Of a stretch of DNA of 64,000 nt, positions 36,010 to 45,711 are shown piece by piece. The translations under genes were made by a program, and so were the position numbers. The notes under the pieces were generated by a model. It was given only the letters and a program-made list of their open reading frames with translations. It had not been told where the DNA came from and did no database searches. This DNA comes from an uncultured Pseudomonadales bacterium (lineage in GTDB: Bacteria; Patescibacteriota; Microgenomatia; UBA1400; PJMF01), in assembly GCA_964393205.1 (NCBI GenBank), contig CAYMSV010000001.1, positions 244,581-308,580 of the forward strand, in the 5' to 3' direction. Numbering within the stretch: position 1 is the stretch's first letter; each line of letters opens with the position of its first letter.

Positions 36010-38028
36010 TTAAAAAATCGTGGAATATTCTAGATCTTGATCCATTAAGAGTTCCTCTTGCCCACCAGTGACATCAATTAAAACTGGTACAGGATTAATG
36101 CCAGCTTGTTTCCAGAGTCGAAGATTGTAGTTTTCTTGATCTTGATAAGGTACTCGATAGTTCATTCTAATTCGAGCTAGTCCCAAGGGCTCTAATTTAA
36201 AGAAGCCGTCAACAACGGTGTAACCTTCTTCTTCATAGACACTAGCTTCATCTTCCAAACCCTGAATTTCAAGGAGCTCTGAGCCTTGGGGCAAATAGAT
36301 TCTAATCCAGTCATTAAGTGTTGCATTGAGACATAGTAGACCAGCTTCCAAATTACAATTATCTGCTGGAGCAGTATTTTTATAACTAATTTCTAAAGTA
36401 TTTTCAATAAAATTATCTTGAGGCGCACTGACACTAAGTTTAAGATCATAATCAATAAACAAATTAGATTTAGCCCCAGCGAGATTAGTATTAATGATCG
36501 CTAAGAAATCTTGATTTTGGCCAAATTGCCAGTCTTTAAAGCCCTGATTTAATTGATAGAGTCGACCAGCAGCATTAATTTTTTCGGCTGCTATTTGAGA
36601 ACTTTCATCTACAAAATACATTTGCAGGTGGCGGCCCTTGAGGCTGCTGATGCCCACAGTAATTAATTCTGGGAATTTAACTTTATCTAGTTCATAAGTT
36701 TTACTCAAAATAGTGCTCATTAGTGGCCCCAAAACTCCTTTACGATCTTCTCTTAAGTAAGGAGTGGGACGAGTGATAATTTCTGATAAAGCATAAACAA
36801 CTTGAGGGCAATCACAGCGTTTATCAACTTCAGCACTAAAAGTACCGTACCCTGGAACTTGAACAGGACCAATGACTTCCAGCAACCAGGTCAAAACTTG
36901 AGTGTCAACGGCAATGATGCCATCAATATCATCTGGCTCTCCAGGAACAGTTTGATAATTTTCATAAAAAGTCTCCATAGATTTTTTGAAATCTGGATAA
37001 ATATTCATGTCTCGCAAATTCCAATAACGTTCAGTGGTTAAATATTTGCCTAGTTCCTCTGGAATTGCTACATTTTTGCGAAATTTTTGATCTAACTCAT
37101 AGATGTCGCCTGATTTCTCAGGAATGACAGTGCCTTGATCAACCTGAATAATAGAATAAGCAGTTAAAAAGCCACCTGTAGGTCGCAATTCATTATCATT
37201 TTGAAAAAGAATTAAATATTTTTGAGCTTCTCTGGCTCCGGCCATTTTAGCTAGTTCAGCCAAGACTGGTTTGTAATCACTGAAACCATGACTAAAATTG
37301 CTAATTTGTTCTTGAGCATTCAGAATTTGACTGCGAATTTCCTGTTGAGCTAGTTGTTCCGGATATCGCTTAGCATTAATTTCTTGACTGAGGGCCTCAA
37401 TTTCTTGAAGCTTGAGTTCTATTTCATTGATTTCTGGTTGAATTTCTTCTAAAGTTTCCAGCACTAAAACTATACGGTCTTGAGTGGTTCCCCCCTCAAA
37501 ACTGCCTTCACCAGCAAAGCCAAGTAGATCGCTATAAGGCATTAAAGTATTAACAAGTTGGTCAGCTAAATCTAGGCTTTTATGGCCAATCAAAATAACT
37601 GTCTGCCCGTCTTGATAATAATTTCTCACAAAGGGGATGTATTGGTAAATTTTTAGTGCTTGATATTCTTGATCAATGTTTGTTAAGTTTTCTCTAAGAT
37701 CACTAATTTTTTCTGGTAAGGCTGGAAGATTTTGAGTTCTAACTAGGCCAGCGGTTTCCATAGCTAGAGCTTGGGTAGAATTACTCAGGGCCATGATTTT
37801 CTTGACCCGAAAGAAGGTGTAGCTAAAAAGAATGCTAAAGCTTAAGGCCAATATTAACAAGAAAATTAAGGCAATTTTTTGCCATTTTTTTAAGGCCAAG
37901 CGACTTTTTTTATTCATTTTATTCTTTTTACTTTTTTTGAAAAAAGACCAAAAAGGTTTTTTTTCAGGATTTTCTAAAGTTATTTGCTTTTCACCAAATA
38001 ATTGATCAACGCTAGAAAAATTTTCCAT
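36010..38028 (-). CDS. DUF4012 family membrane-anchored protein (possibly LCP-like)
   Basis: TM helix and long helical stalk, then YLILFQNDNELRPTGGF, RDMN..PDF, IDGIIAVD, N..GAK, IRIYLP and KQAG. Confidence 0.75.
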   Translation of the reverse strand: MENFSSVDQLFGEKQITLENPEKKPFWSFFKKSKKNKMNKKSRLALKKWQKIALIFLLILALSFSILFSYTFFRVKKIMALSNSTQALAMETAGLVRTQNLPALPEKISDLRENLTNIDQEYQALKIYQYIPFVRNYYQDGQTVILIGHKSLDLADQLVNTLMPYSDLLGFAGEGSFEGGTTQDRIVLVLETLEEIQPEINEIELKLQEIEALSQEINAKRYPEQLAQQEIRSQILNAQEQISNFSHGFSDYKPVLAELAKMAGAREAQKYLILFQNDNELRPTGGFLTAYSIIQVDQGTVIPEKSGDIYELDQKFRKNVAIPEELGKYLTTERYWNLRDMNIYPDFKKSMETFYENYQTVPGEPDDIDGIIAVDTQVLTWLLEVIGPVQVPGYGTFSAEVDKRCDCPQVVYALSEIITRPTPYLREDRKGVLGPLMSTILSKTYELDKVKFPELITVGISSLKGRHLQMYFVDESSQIAAEKINAAGRLYQLNQGFKDWQFGQNQDFLAIINTNLAGAKSNLFIDYDLKLSVSAPQDNFIENTLEISYKNTAPADNCNLEAGLLCLNATLNDWIRIYLPQGSELLEIQGLEDEASVYEEEGYTVVDGFFKLEPLGLARIRMNYRVPYQDQENYNLRLWKQAGINPVPVLIDVTGGQEELLMDQDLEYSTIF

Positions 38029-38047
38029 AGATTAATAGTATAGCAAA

Positions 38048-38674
38048 TTACCACTTAGAAAACATCGCCATTGGTGTTTTGAGTAAAATCAGCAGATCTT
38101 GGCGAATAGAGTTATTGTTAGCATATTGATAGTCAATTAGTGTGCGTTTTTTAAAAGGAATTTCATTGCGGCCACTAGTCTGCCAAGGACCGGTAATACC
38201 AGGCTTAACTGACAAAATACTTTTGACATATTTTTTAGTTTCTGGATATTTGCTTGTTTGTTCTTCTAGCTCTTTTTTGACATAAGCACGAGGGCCAACG
38301 ATACTCATTTCTCCTTTAAAAACATTGAATATCTGAGGAAATTCGTCAATAGTAAAGGCTCGTAAAAATCGACCAAGGCGAGTAATACGAGGATCATCTT
38401 TAGCGGCAATTTTCCAGTCATTGTTTTTGAATTTGTCTAATAAAATGTGATCTTTGCTGTGTAAAATTTCATCAGCATTTTGTACCATGCTACGAAATTT
38501 AAATAAATTAAATTCTTTGCCATTTTTACCAATTCGTCGATGAGAGAAAAAGATTGGCAGTCCCGAGTCAATCAAAATTAAAATAGGAATAATGATCCAA
38601 AACGGTAAGAATAAAATCAATAAAATACTGGCAACCATGATGTCTAGTAAACGTTTTTTAGCAGCGTAAGTCAT
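38048..38674 (-). CDS. Priming undecaprenyl-phosphate sugar-1-phosphate transferase (small PglC/WcaJ-type)
   Basis: Motifs KRLLDI, FKFRSM, DPRITRLGRFLR..IDEFPQ, GEMSIVGPR and KPGITG. Confidence 0.92.
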   Translation of the reverse strand: MTYAAKKRLLDIMVASILLILFLPFWIIIPILILIDSGLPIFFSHRRIGKNGKEFNLFKFRSMVQNADEILHSKDHILLDKFKNNDWKIAAKDDPRITRLGRFLRAFTIDEFPQIFNVFKGEMSIVGPRAYVKKELEEQTSKYPETKKYVKSILSVKPGITGPWQTSGRNEIPFKKRTLIDYQYANNNSIRQDLLILLKTPMAMFSKW

Positions 38675-38679
38675 TAGAT

Positions 38680-39783
38680 TTAGAGATATTTTTCTCTACC
38701 CTCTTCTTTTAATTGATTAACTAATTTTTTAACATCTTGACCATTGTCCTTGGGGCAAATCAATAAAATTTCTTCTGTATCAACTACAATTAGGTCTTTA
38801 ACACCATAAAGAGCTATTAAGCGATGATTACCATGAATTAAATTTCCGTAAGCTTTTTGAGTGAGGGTTTGAATTTCCCCACTTTCTCCCAGAATAACAT
38901 TGCCAGAATTGTCTTTTTTACCTAATTGATAAACCACTTTCCAATCGCCAACATCATTCCAACCGAAATCTCCAGGAATTAAAACCAAGTTGTCGGCCTT
39001 TTCACTAATAGCATAATCGATTGAGATGGCTTCTGCCTGCTCATAGACCTCTTCAAGAGCTTGATGAAATTCAGTAGATTTCAGTTTTTCTAAGTGTTTG
39101 GTAAGTTTGTGCATACTTGGCATGTGCTTGTCAAAACTTTTTTGAATTTCTTTGGCTGACCAAACGTACATGTTGGCATTCCAAAAATAGCGCCCAGTAG
39201 AAATGAAGGCAGCAGCGGTTGCTAACTTGGGTTTTTCAGTAAAGCTATCAACTTTGAAGAGGCTTAAGTCTCGATCTAATTTTTTAATTTCTTTACCAAC
39301 CTTGATGTAGCCAAAAGCACTAGTCGGATAAGTAGGGGTAATACCAACCGTAATTAGGTAATGATGTTTTTCAGCTGTTTCTACAGCCTTATTCATAACT
39401 CGATCAAACTCTTTGAGATTATTAACAATGTGGTCTGAGGCTGCATTAATAACTACGGCGTTTTTATCCTTGCTTTTGGCATAAAGAGCGCCAACTAGCA
39501 TGGCTAGAGCCGTATCTTTTTTACTTGGTTCAGCAATGATGTTTTCTTTAAGAACTTTAGGTAATTGTTTACTGACTTCCTGTACATATTTTTTATTAGT
39601 GACCACAATGACTTGAGACCAGTCAACCAAGCGATTAATTCTTTCAGCAGCAATTTGCATCATGCTTTGCTTGCCGGTTAATTTCAAGAATTGTTTGGGG
39701 GTGTTATCTCTAGATTTTGGCCAAAGTCTGGTACCACCACCACCAGCTAACAAAACGGCGTAAAGATGCTTGTTTTTATTCAT
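38680..39783 (-). CDS. manC: Mannose-1-phosphate guanylyltransferase (monofunctional)
   Basis: Motifs LAGGGGTRLWPKSR..PKQF, EP..KDTA, SDH, FTEKP, SIDYA..EK and WNDVG; no C-terminal PMI cupin domain. Confidence 0.92.
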   Translation of the reverse strand: MNKNKHLYAVLLAGGGGTRLWPKSRDNTPKQFLKLTGKQSMMQIAAERINRLVDWSQVIVVTNKKYVQEVSKQLPKVLKENIIAEPSKKDTALAMLVGALYAKSKDKNAVVINAASDHIVNNLKEFDRVMNKAVETAEKHHYLITVGITPTYPTSAFGYIKVGKEIKKLDRDLSLFKVDSFTEKPKLATAAAFISTGRYFWNANMYVWSAKEIQKSFDKHMPSMHKLTKHLEKLKSTEFHQALEEVYEQAEAISIDYAISEKADNLVLIPGDFGWNDVGDWKVVYQLGKKDNSGNVILGESGEIQTLTQKAYGNLIHGNHRLIALYGVKDLIVVDTEEILLICPKDNGQDVKKLVNQLKEEGREKYL

Positions 39784-40990
39784 CAAATTTCTTTCTATAA
39801 GCTGCTTCTAATTGTCGATTAAATCTTCTCAAAAAACTAGTAGTATCATATTTTATAGCGTTTTTAGCTAAAATTTCCAGATCAAAATCTGTTTCTTCTA
39901 AAATTTTCATTTTTTGACAGAGTTCCTCTACATATTTTTCACTGTGTTCTTCCAGCATAATTTCTGGAAAATTCAGATGTAGAGAGTATTGGCCATCAGC
40001 TAGAACTTCACTAGCTCCAGCATGTTGGTGAATAAGCACTGGCAGCGAATGCAAACTGGCTTCAAGTCCTACGATGCCAAAATCATCTATACCGGGCATT
40101 AAAAGAGCTCGAGCATGTCCATAAAGTTGACTAAGTTGTTCATTATTAACTTGTTTTTGAAAAATAATTTGCTTAGAATTTTTTGGAAAATCTGCTCTTT
40201 GGCTTAAGAGTTTTTTAGCTAATTTTTTAAGTTGACGATAATCTGGACCATCTCCAACAATGATGAGTTGTCGGCCTAAACGCACGCAGGCTTTGATGGC
40301 TAAATCAATATTTTTATAAGGCACTAGACGACTCACTAATAAATAGTATTGGTTTTTTTGATGATTGGTGCTGGGATGAGCGGCTAGTAAAGCTTGAAAA
40401 ACATCTAGATCGACTGGTGGATAAATAACAGGATGGCTTTCTAGGTGGTAATATTTATGAATTCTGTTGGCTACTGCTTGAGAAATTGGCACAATTACAT
40501 CTGGTCGATGAATAGCCAATTGATCCCATTTTTTTAGATATTGAAGAGCTTTTTTTGATATATGTTTAATAATTGGCCAATTCAAAAAAGCTATTTTGTT
40601 CCAATAATTTTCCTGATAGTGATAAAGATAGCGAGGAGGTGTTAATAAATAACAGAAATGTAATTGGTCACTACGAGTAATTATCCCCTTAGCTTCAGCA
40701 CTGGTAATAGAAATAATGACATCATAATCTCCAAGATCCAGAGTCTCAAAAGCAAGAGGCATTAAGGGAGCTAGCAAGCGATGGTGATGTTTAGCTAGAG
40801 GAAATTTTTGCAAAAAACTAGTTTTGATTTTAAAAACTTTTGCCCATTTAGCTTTGCGTGGGTTGTAAACAGCAGTAAATAAATCGGCTTGTGGATAAAG
40901 TTTTTTGAGGGCTAGTAAAACTTTTTCTGCTCCACCAAAAGGGGTGTTAACTCGGTCATAGACAAGAGCGATTTTTTTATTGTTTAGCAT
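39776..40990 (-). CDS. GT4 family glycosyltransferase (WbaZ-like mannosyltransferase)
   Basis: Motifs GGAEKV, SRLVPYK and DDFGIVGLEA; ATG at 40990. Confidence 0.85.
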   Translation of the reverse strand: MLNNKKIALVYDRVNTPFGGAEKVLLALKKLYPQADLFTAVYNPRKAKWAKVFKIKTSFLQKFPLAKHHHRLLAPLMPLAFETLDLGDYDVIISITSAEAKGIITRSDQLHFCYLLTPPRYLYHYQENYWNKIAFLNWPIIKHISKKALQYLKKWDQLAIHRPDVIVPISQAVANRIHKYYHLESHPVIYPPVDLDVFQALLAAHPSTNHQKNQYYLLVSRLVPYKNIDLAIKACVRLGRQLIIVGDGPDYRQLKKLAKKLLSQRADFPKNSKQIIFQKQVNNEQLSQLYGHARALLMPGIDDFGIVGLEASLHSLPVLIHQHAGASEVLADGQYSLHLNFPEIMLEEHSEKYVEELCQKMKILEETDFDLEILAKNAIKYDTTSFLRRFNRQLEAAYRKKFDE

Positions 40991-40991
40991 T

Positions 40992-42161
40992 TTAGTTATT
41001 TTTAAGGGCAGACACATACACTCGATAAGTTAATTGAGCCAAATCCTGCCAACGATACTTTTTGGCAAATTTAAGATTTTTGGAGATGATGTCTTGCCTC
41101 TTGCTAAATTTTAATTTTTCTAAAGCAGCCAAAAAACTTTCAGGATCTTTTGGATCAAAATAAAAAGCGCTGTCTTGATAAATTTCTTTAAAGATAGGGA
41201 TGTTGCTGGCCAAAACTGCTGTGCCGCTAGCCATAGCTTCAATGCCAGTTAAGCCAAAGCCCTCAGATAGAGAAGGTTGAACGAGAGCCATCGAATTTTG
41301 ATAAATTTTGATAAGTTTTTCGTCTGGCACATAACCCATAAATTTAACTTGACGTTTAACTTTATAGCGAGCCACTAATTTACGCATTTGGGTTTGAAAA
41401 ACATTGCGTGAGCCCACGATCAACAACTGATACTTAGGTAATTTTTTTAAGGCTTTGATGACTAAAACTAAGTTTTTATGTGGATAAAGAGAGCCGGTAT
41501 ATACTAATTGTTTTTTAATTCGCTTTTTAGCTAGATCTTTTTGAGAAATTAACTGTAAATTTTTTTGGTAAGCGCTAGCTAGTCCTTCTCTGGTGACCAC
41601 AATTTTTTCTTGACTATGGCGATAATATTTACTAACCGTTTCTTTAATTGTTTGAGCAGGAACTAAAATAAATTTAGCTTTTTTAATTGCTTGTTTGACT
41701 ACCACTAAATAAGCTAGATACTTAAGATAATAAACTGGTGGTTTAAGGGTGGTCACTCCCATACCTTTTTGTTGGTGCCAGAGTAAATCATGAATAGTAA
41801 TGACCAGCTTTTGTCGATAAAAAACTGGGATGTTGAAATGCGGAACATGTAGGAGATCCAATTTTGCTTGACGATAAACCTTGGGTAAAGTTAATTGTTC
41901 CCTCAAACTGTAGTGGCGAATATCGCTCAAAATAATTTCCAGTTGATACTTTGAAGGTTTTTTATAAATATCTTCACCCAAAACTGAACGGGCTTGATTA
42001 AGATCTCTGAAAAACAAAACAAAGGTAAAAAAGTTTTTATCTTGATTGATTCTAATGATTTCTCTGACAAGATTTTCGCTATAACGACCAATGCCAGCAT
42101 GTTCACTGCCTGCCAAACGGCAGTCAATGCCTAAGCGATACTTTTTTTTCTTTGCCATCAT
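40992..42161 (-). CDS. GT4 family glycosyltransferase (MtfB-like)
   Basis: Motifs GIGRY, TIHDL, HKN and EGFGLTGIEAM. Confidence 0.9.
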   Translation of the reverse strand: MMAKKKKYRLGIDCRLAGSEHAGIGRYSENLVREIIRINQDKNFFTFVLFFRDLNQARSVLGEDIYKKPSKYQLEIILSDIRHYSLREQLTLPKVYRQAKLDLLHVPHFNIPVFYRQKLVITIHDLLWHQQKGMGVTTLKPPVYYLKYLAYLVVVKQAIKKAKFILVPAQTIKETVSKYYRHSQEKIVVTREGLASAYQKNLQLISQKDLAKKRIKKQLVYTGSLYPHKNLVLVIKALKKLPKYQLLIVGSRNVFQTQMRKLVARYKVKRQVKFMGYVPDEKLIKIYQNSMALVQPSLSEGFGLTGIEAMASGTAVLASNIPIFKEIYQDSAFYFDPKDPESFLAALEKLKFSKRQDIISKNLKFAKKYRWQDLAQLTYRVYVSALKNN

Positions 42162-42176
42162 TTTTAATTTATCTTT

Positions 42177-43055
42177 CTATCGACCATCTCGTTTGACGAA
42201 AATATATGAGCGCAGTAAACGTCGTAGTAATTTTGGGTAACGAGGAGCGTAATATTTATCATAGTAAGTTAACATTGCATCATAAAAGAAAGCATGGGTT
42301 TTTTTGGCAGTTTTTTTATTAACACTTTTAATGCCCGATTTATATTTATGATGAACTATAGTGACTTGTGGATGAAAGATAATTTGATAACCAGCGTCAC
42401 GAAAGCGTCGACACCAGTCTAAATCCTCACCATACATAAAAAAAGTTTCATCTAACAGGCCAACTTTTTTCATAGCCTTTTGACGAACCATCATGGCTGC
42501 TCCAGAAATAGCATCAACTTGATGAATGACGTCTAGGTTTAGATGACCCAAATGATATTGAGCAAAAAATTTAGAGTTGGGGAAAAATTTTTCTAAGCCA
42601 ATAAAATAGCTAAAAGCAGCCCAAGGGTGTGGTTCACCGCGATGGCTGGCCGGATCTAGCTCGCCATTGCTTAATTCTAGACGAGGGCCAAGGACAGCCA
42701 CTTTGGGGTTTTTGTCTAAATATTTAATTAAAAGGTCTAAATTACTTTTTTCTTCTAAAAATTCTGTATCACTATTAAGTAACATCACATAGCGAGCCTG
42801 ACTTTGGCGCAGTGCCACATTGTTGCCAAAAGCAAAACCACCATTGCGCCCTGACTCTATAACTTTCACCCACTTAAAATTCTTTTTCAAAAAACTCACA
42901 GAATCGTCTTGGCTATCGTTATCAACCACAACCACTTCGACTTTAAATTTTGTGTGTTTGAGATAGTTGTCTTTAATGGTAGGTAGTAACTTTTTGAGCC
43001 AAAAAAGACCGTTGTAGTTGAGGATAATAATACTTAAATCTAATTTTTTTGCCAT
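42177..43055 (-). CDS. GT2 family glycosyltransferase (WbbL/rhamnosyltransferase-like)
   Basis: Motifs VVDNDSQD, NGGFAFGNN, LLNSD and FFMYGEDLDWC. Confidence 0.88.
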   Translation of the reverse strand: MAKKLDLSIIILNYNGLFWLKKLLPTIKDNYLKHTKFKVEVVVVDNDSQDDSVSFLKKNFKWVKVIESGRNGGFAFGNNVALRQSQARYVMLLNSDTEFLEEKSNLDLLIKYLDKNPKVAVLGPRLELSNGELDPASHRGEPHPWAAFSYFIGLEKFFPNSKFFAQYHLGHLNLDVIHQVDAISGAAMMVRQKAMKKVGLLDETFFMYGEDLDWCRRFRDAGYQIIFHPQVTIVHHKYKSGIKSVNKKTAKKTHAFFYDAMLTYYDKYYAPRYPKLLRRLLRSYIFVKRDGR

Positions 43056-43057
43056 AT

Positions 43058-44257
43058 TTATTTCTTTATTCTACCGATTTTTTGGTAAATTGCATCGAGT
43101 TTTTGAGAAATTGATTGCCAATCATAATGGTCTTTAACAAATTTTTTACCATTGCTTGAGAGTTTATCCCACAATTTCTGATCAGTCAAAACTTGAACAG
43201 TGAATTTAGCTAGTTCTTCGGCATCGTTACTAATTAAAACATCTTTGCCGTGTTCAACTTCTAGACCTTCAACAGCAATTTTACTGGCAACTACTGGTGT
43301 GGAACAAGCCATCGCTTCCAAGATCTTGTAACGAGTGCCCTTGCCGCTAAAAACAGGAGCTAGCAGCAAGTCTGCGCTCTTAAAAGCATAGCGAATATCT
43401 TCAACTTGACCAGCGACAGTAATTTGTGGATCTCTGAGGCCGTAATTAAGCACCTTTTGACTGGGAGCATTACCGACAATTTGGAGGTGAACATTGGCTA
43501 GTTTCTTTTTTACCAAAGGCCAAACTTTTTCCACTAAGAATTCAACTGCTTCTCGATTGGGCAACCATTTAAAAGTCCCAACCGACAGAATAGTTGGTTT
43601 AGTTGTTTTTTTTCTAGCTATTTGATCAAACCAGCTATTGTCTACCCCATTAGCTACGACAGCGATTTTGTCAGCTCTGCCCATTTGTTGAGCAATAAAA
43701 TTTTTATCTTCTTCGCTCATGACAATTAGTTGGTCAGCTTGTTGCCAGTAATGTTTTTCCCAGTTGCGAATTTTCTCAACATCGATGTTGAGAATTGGCC
43801 TTAAGAAAAGTGGGGCTTTTTTGGCATAATTTTCATAACCCAAATATTCAATAGTTTGTTCAACCAAGATACTAGGAATTTTTAGCTTTGGTAAGTGAGA
43901 CATCATATAAAAAGTCTCAGCATGAATGAGGTCGTAATTGCTGCTGGCTAGCTCTTCTTTAATCGCGCCAGTAACAGTTAGTGACTGATTGCGAATTACC
44001 AAAAAAGGATAACTAGAAAAGGCGGTCTTGAAAATATTTTTGAGAGTAAAAGGTTTTTTACTGCGTTTAAAAACTCGAACCTTGTGACAATATTTTTCAA
44101 GCTCACCAATATATTCTTTTTCTTGTTCATCTTTAATGAGAGCAAAGAGCGTAATTTGGTGTTTTTTGGCTAGTTTTTTCAGTAAATTGTAGGTGCGAAT
44201 TTGACCTCCAGACAAGAGTGGATATGGCAAATAGGGAGTCAACATTAAGATTTTCAT
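43058..44257 (-). CDS. GT4 family glycosyltransferase
   Basis: Motifs PYPLLSGGQIR, PNREA and GTRYKILEAMA. Confidence 0.88.
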   Translation of the reverse strand: MKILMLTPYLPYPLLSGGQIRTYNLLKKLAKKHQITLFALIKDEQEKEYIGELEKYCHKVRVFKRSKKPFTLKNIFKTAFSSYPFLVIRNQSLTVTGAIKEELASSNYDLIHAETFYMMSHLPKLKIPSILVEQTIEYLGYENYAKKAPLFLRPILNIDVEKIRNWEKHYWQQADQLIVMSEEDKNFIAQQMGRADKIAVVANGVDNSWFDQIARKKTTKPTILSVGTFKWLPNREAVEFLVEKVWPLVKKKLANVHLQIVGNAPSQKVLNYGLRDPQITVAGQVEDIRYAFKSADLLLAPVFSGKGTRYKILEAMACSTPVVASKIAVEGLEVEHGKDVLISNDAEELAKFTVQVLTDQKLWDKLSSNGKKFVKDHYDWQSISQKLDAIYQKIGRIKK

Positions 44258-45711
44258 GGATTATTTTTTTCTTTAGTTAAATCTAATATTAAATAACGAT
44301 CGGTTTTGTCAATGCTTTGATACTTTTCTTCGAGTTGACGACGTTCTTTATCATCACTAGTACTAACATAGATAGTGGCACCAGCCTGGATTTTTTCTTC
44401 AATGTTATGACCAATGGGCCAGCCACGCCGATTAGTTTGAAATAAAAAGGCGGTATCTCCCATGGCTGGAGCAATAACTAAAGCATCAGCTGGAGTTAAG
44501 CGATCAATAGCTTGGCCAGCTTCAATATATTCCCAATTATTGACATTAAAGAAGCCAGCAACTTGTCTGGCTGACAAAGACCAAGCGCTAAACAAAAGTA
44601 GAGCAAGAAAAATTTTCCCTAAAAGAGCTTTTTTGAATTTTTCTTGGATAATTAAACTGCCTCTCGCTACACTAACGGCAACAATCGGAATCATTAGGTT
44701 CTGATAATAATCATGTTGAATGTTGCCACTAGCGAGCACTATAAAATAAAAAACAATGCTCAGCCACCAACTAGCATAAATTAAAGTCTTTTTATTAATT
44801 TGCCATAGATTAGCAAGAAGCAAGATTGTGCCAGTAAAACCAAGAACAAGTTTAATCAGGCGCTCATAGAATAACCAACGCCACCAAGCTGGTTTAAGGC
44901 GAATATTATTTTTATTAAACAACCAATCGGAAACAGGAATACCTGTGGGAAAATTTTCAATCCAGTCTCGCCATAACCAAAAAGGAATGAAGGCTAAAAT
45001 AGGAAAAAGATAAATGCTTAGTTTTCTAAAAAGCTTGTTGCCTAAATAATGCCAAGCAATAGCTAAATAAATTGGGGCTAAAAAGAGGACAAAAGGTTTG
45101 AGCAAAGCAGCTAAAGCTAAAGAGATAAGGCTGAGCAAATAGTGACTTATTCCTTTGGCTTTTTTTTGACAAAAAACTGCCCACTGCCAAAGTGATAACA
45201 AGCTCAAGGCCAACATAAAAGGTTCGGGCAAAATAGCTCGGCCATAAAAGACCGCATAAGGCAAAATTGCGTAAACAAAGGCACTAAATAGAGCTAGTTT
45301 TTCATCATCAAAAACCTTAATTAAGCGATAAAGTGAATAAATGGCTAGCAGTGAAGCCAGAATAGAAAAAGCTCGACTGGTCATCACCAAATCAAGATTG
45401 AGACCTAGACTTTGACTAAACAATAAAAAATGAGCAATTAAACCATTGATTAGAGGAAATTCTACCATTCGATAACCCTCTGGGTTAGCTAAACCAGACT
45501 GAATATCAGAAAGGTCTTGATATTGAGGTCTCAACCAATCGACTTGCCCACTTTTAACATATTCTCTAGTGACAGAAGCAGTATCAGCTTGACGAAAACT
45601 GTGCCAATCAGCTAAGGGATAGTGAAAGCGATAGAGGCGCAAGACAAGCGCCAATAATAAAATAGCAAGAATTAACCAGCTATTTTTTTGCTTTTTTGCT
45701 TTTTTTATCAT
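44254..45711 (-). CDS. GT-C (ArnT/PMT_2-like) membrane glycosyltransferase
   Basis: Motifs WHSFRQADTA, EFPL, R..LPE, LLKP and HDYYQ; polytopic with a C-terminal soluble domain. Confidence 0.75.
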   Translation of the reverse strand: MIKKAKKQKNSWLILAILLLALVLRLYRFHYPLADWHSFRQADTASVTREYVKSGQVDWLRPQYQDLSDIQSGLANPEGYRMVEFPLINGLIAHFLLFSQSLGLNLDLVMTSRAFSILASLLAIYSLYRLIKVFDDEKLALFSAFVYAILPYAVFYGRAILPEPFMLALSLLSLWQWAVFCQKKAKGISHYLLSLISLALAALLKPFVLFLAPIYLAIAWHYLGNKLFRKLSIYLFPILAFIPFWLWRDWIENFPTGIPVSDWLFNKNNIRLKPAWWRWLFYERLIKLVLGFTGTILLLANLWQINKKTLIYASWWLSIVFYFIVLASGNIQHDYYQNLMIPIVAVSVARGSLIIQEKFKKALLGKIFLALLLFSAWSLSARQVAGFFNVNNWEYIEAGQAIDRLTPADALVIAPAMGDTAFLFQTNRRGWPIGHNIEEKIQAGATIYVSTSDDKERRQLEEKYQSIDKTDRYLILDLTKEKNNP

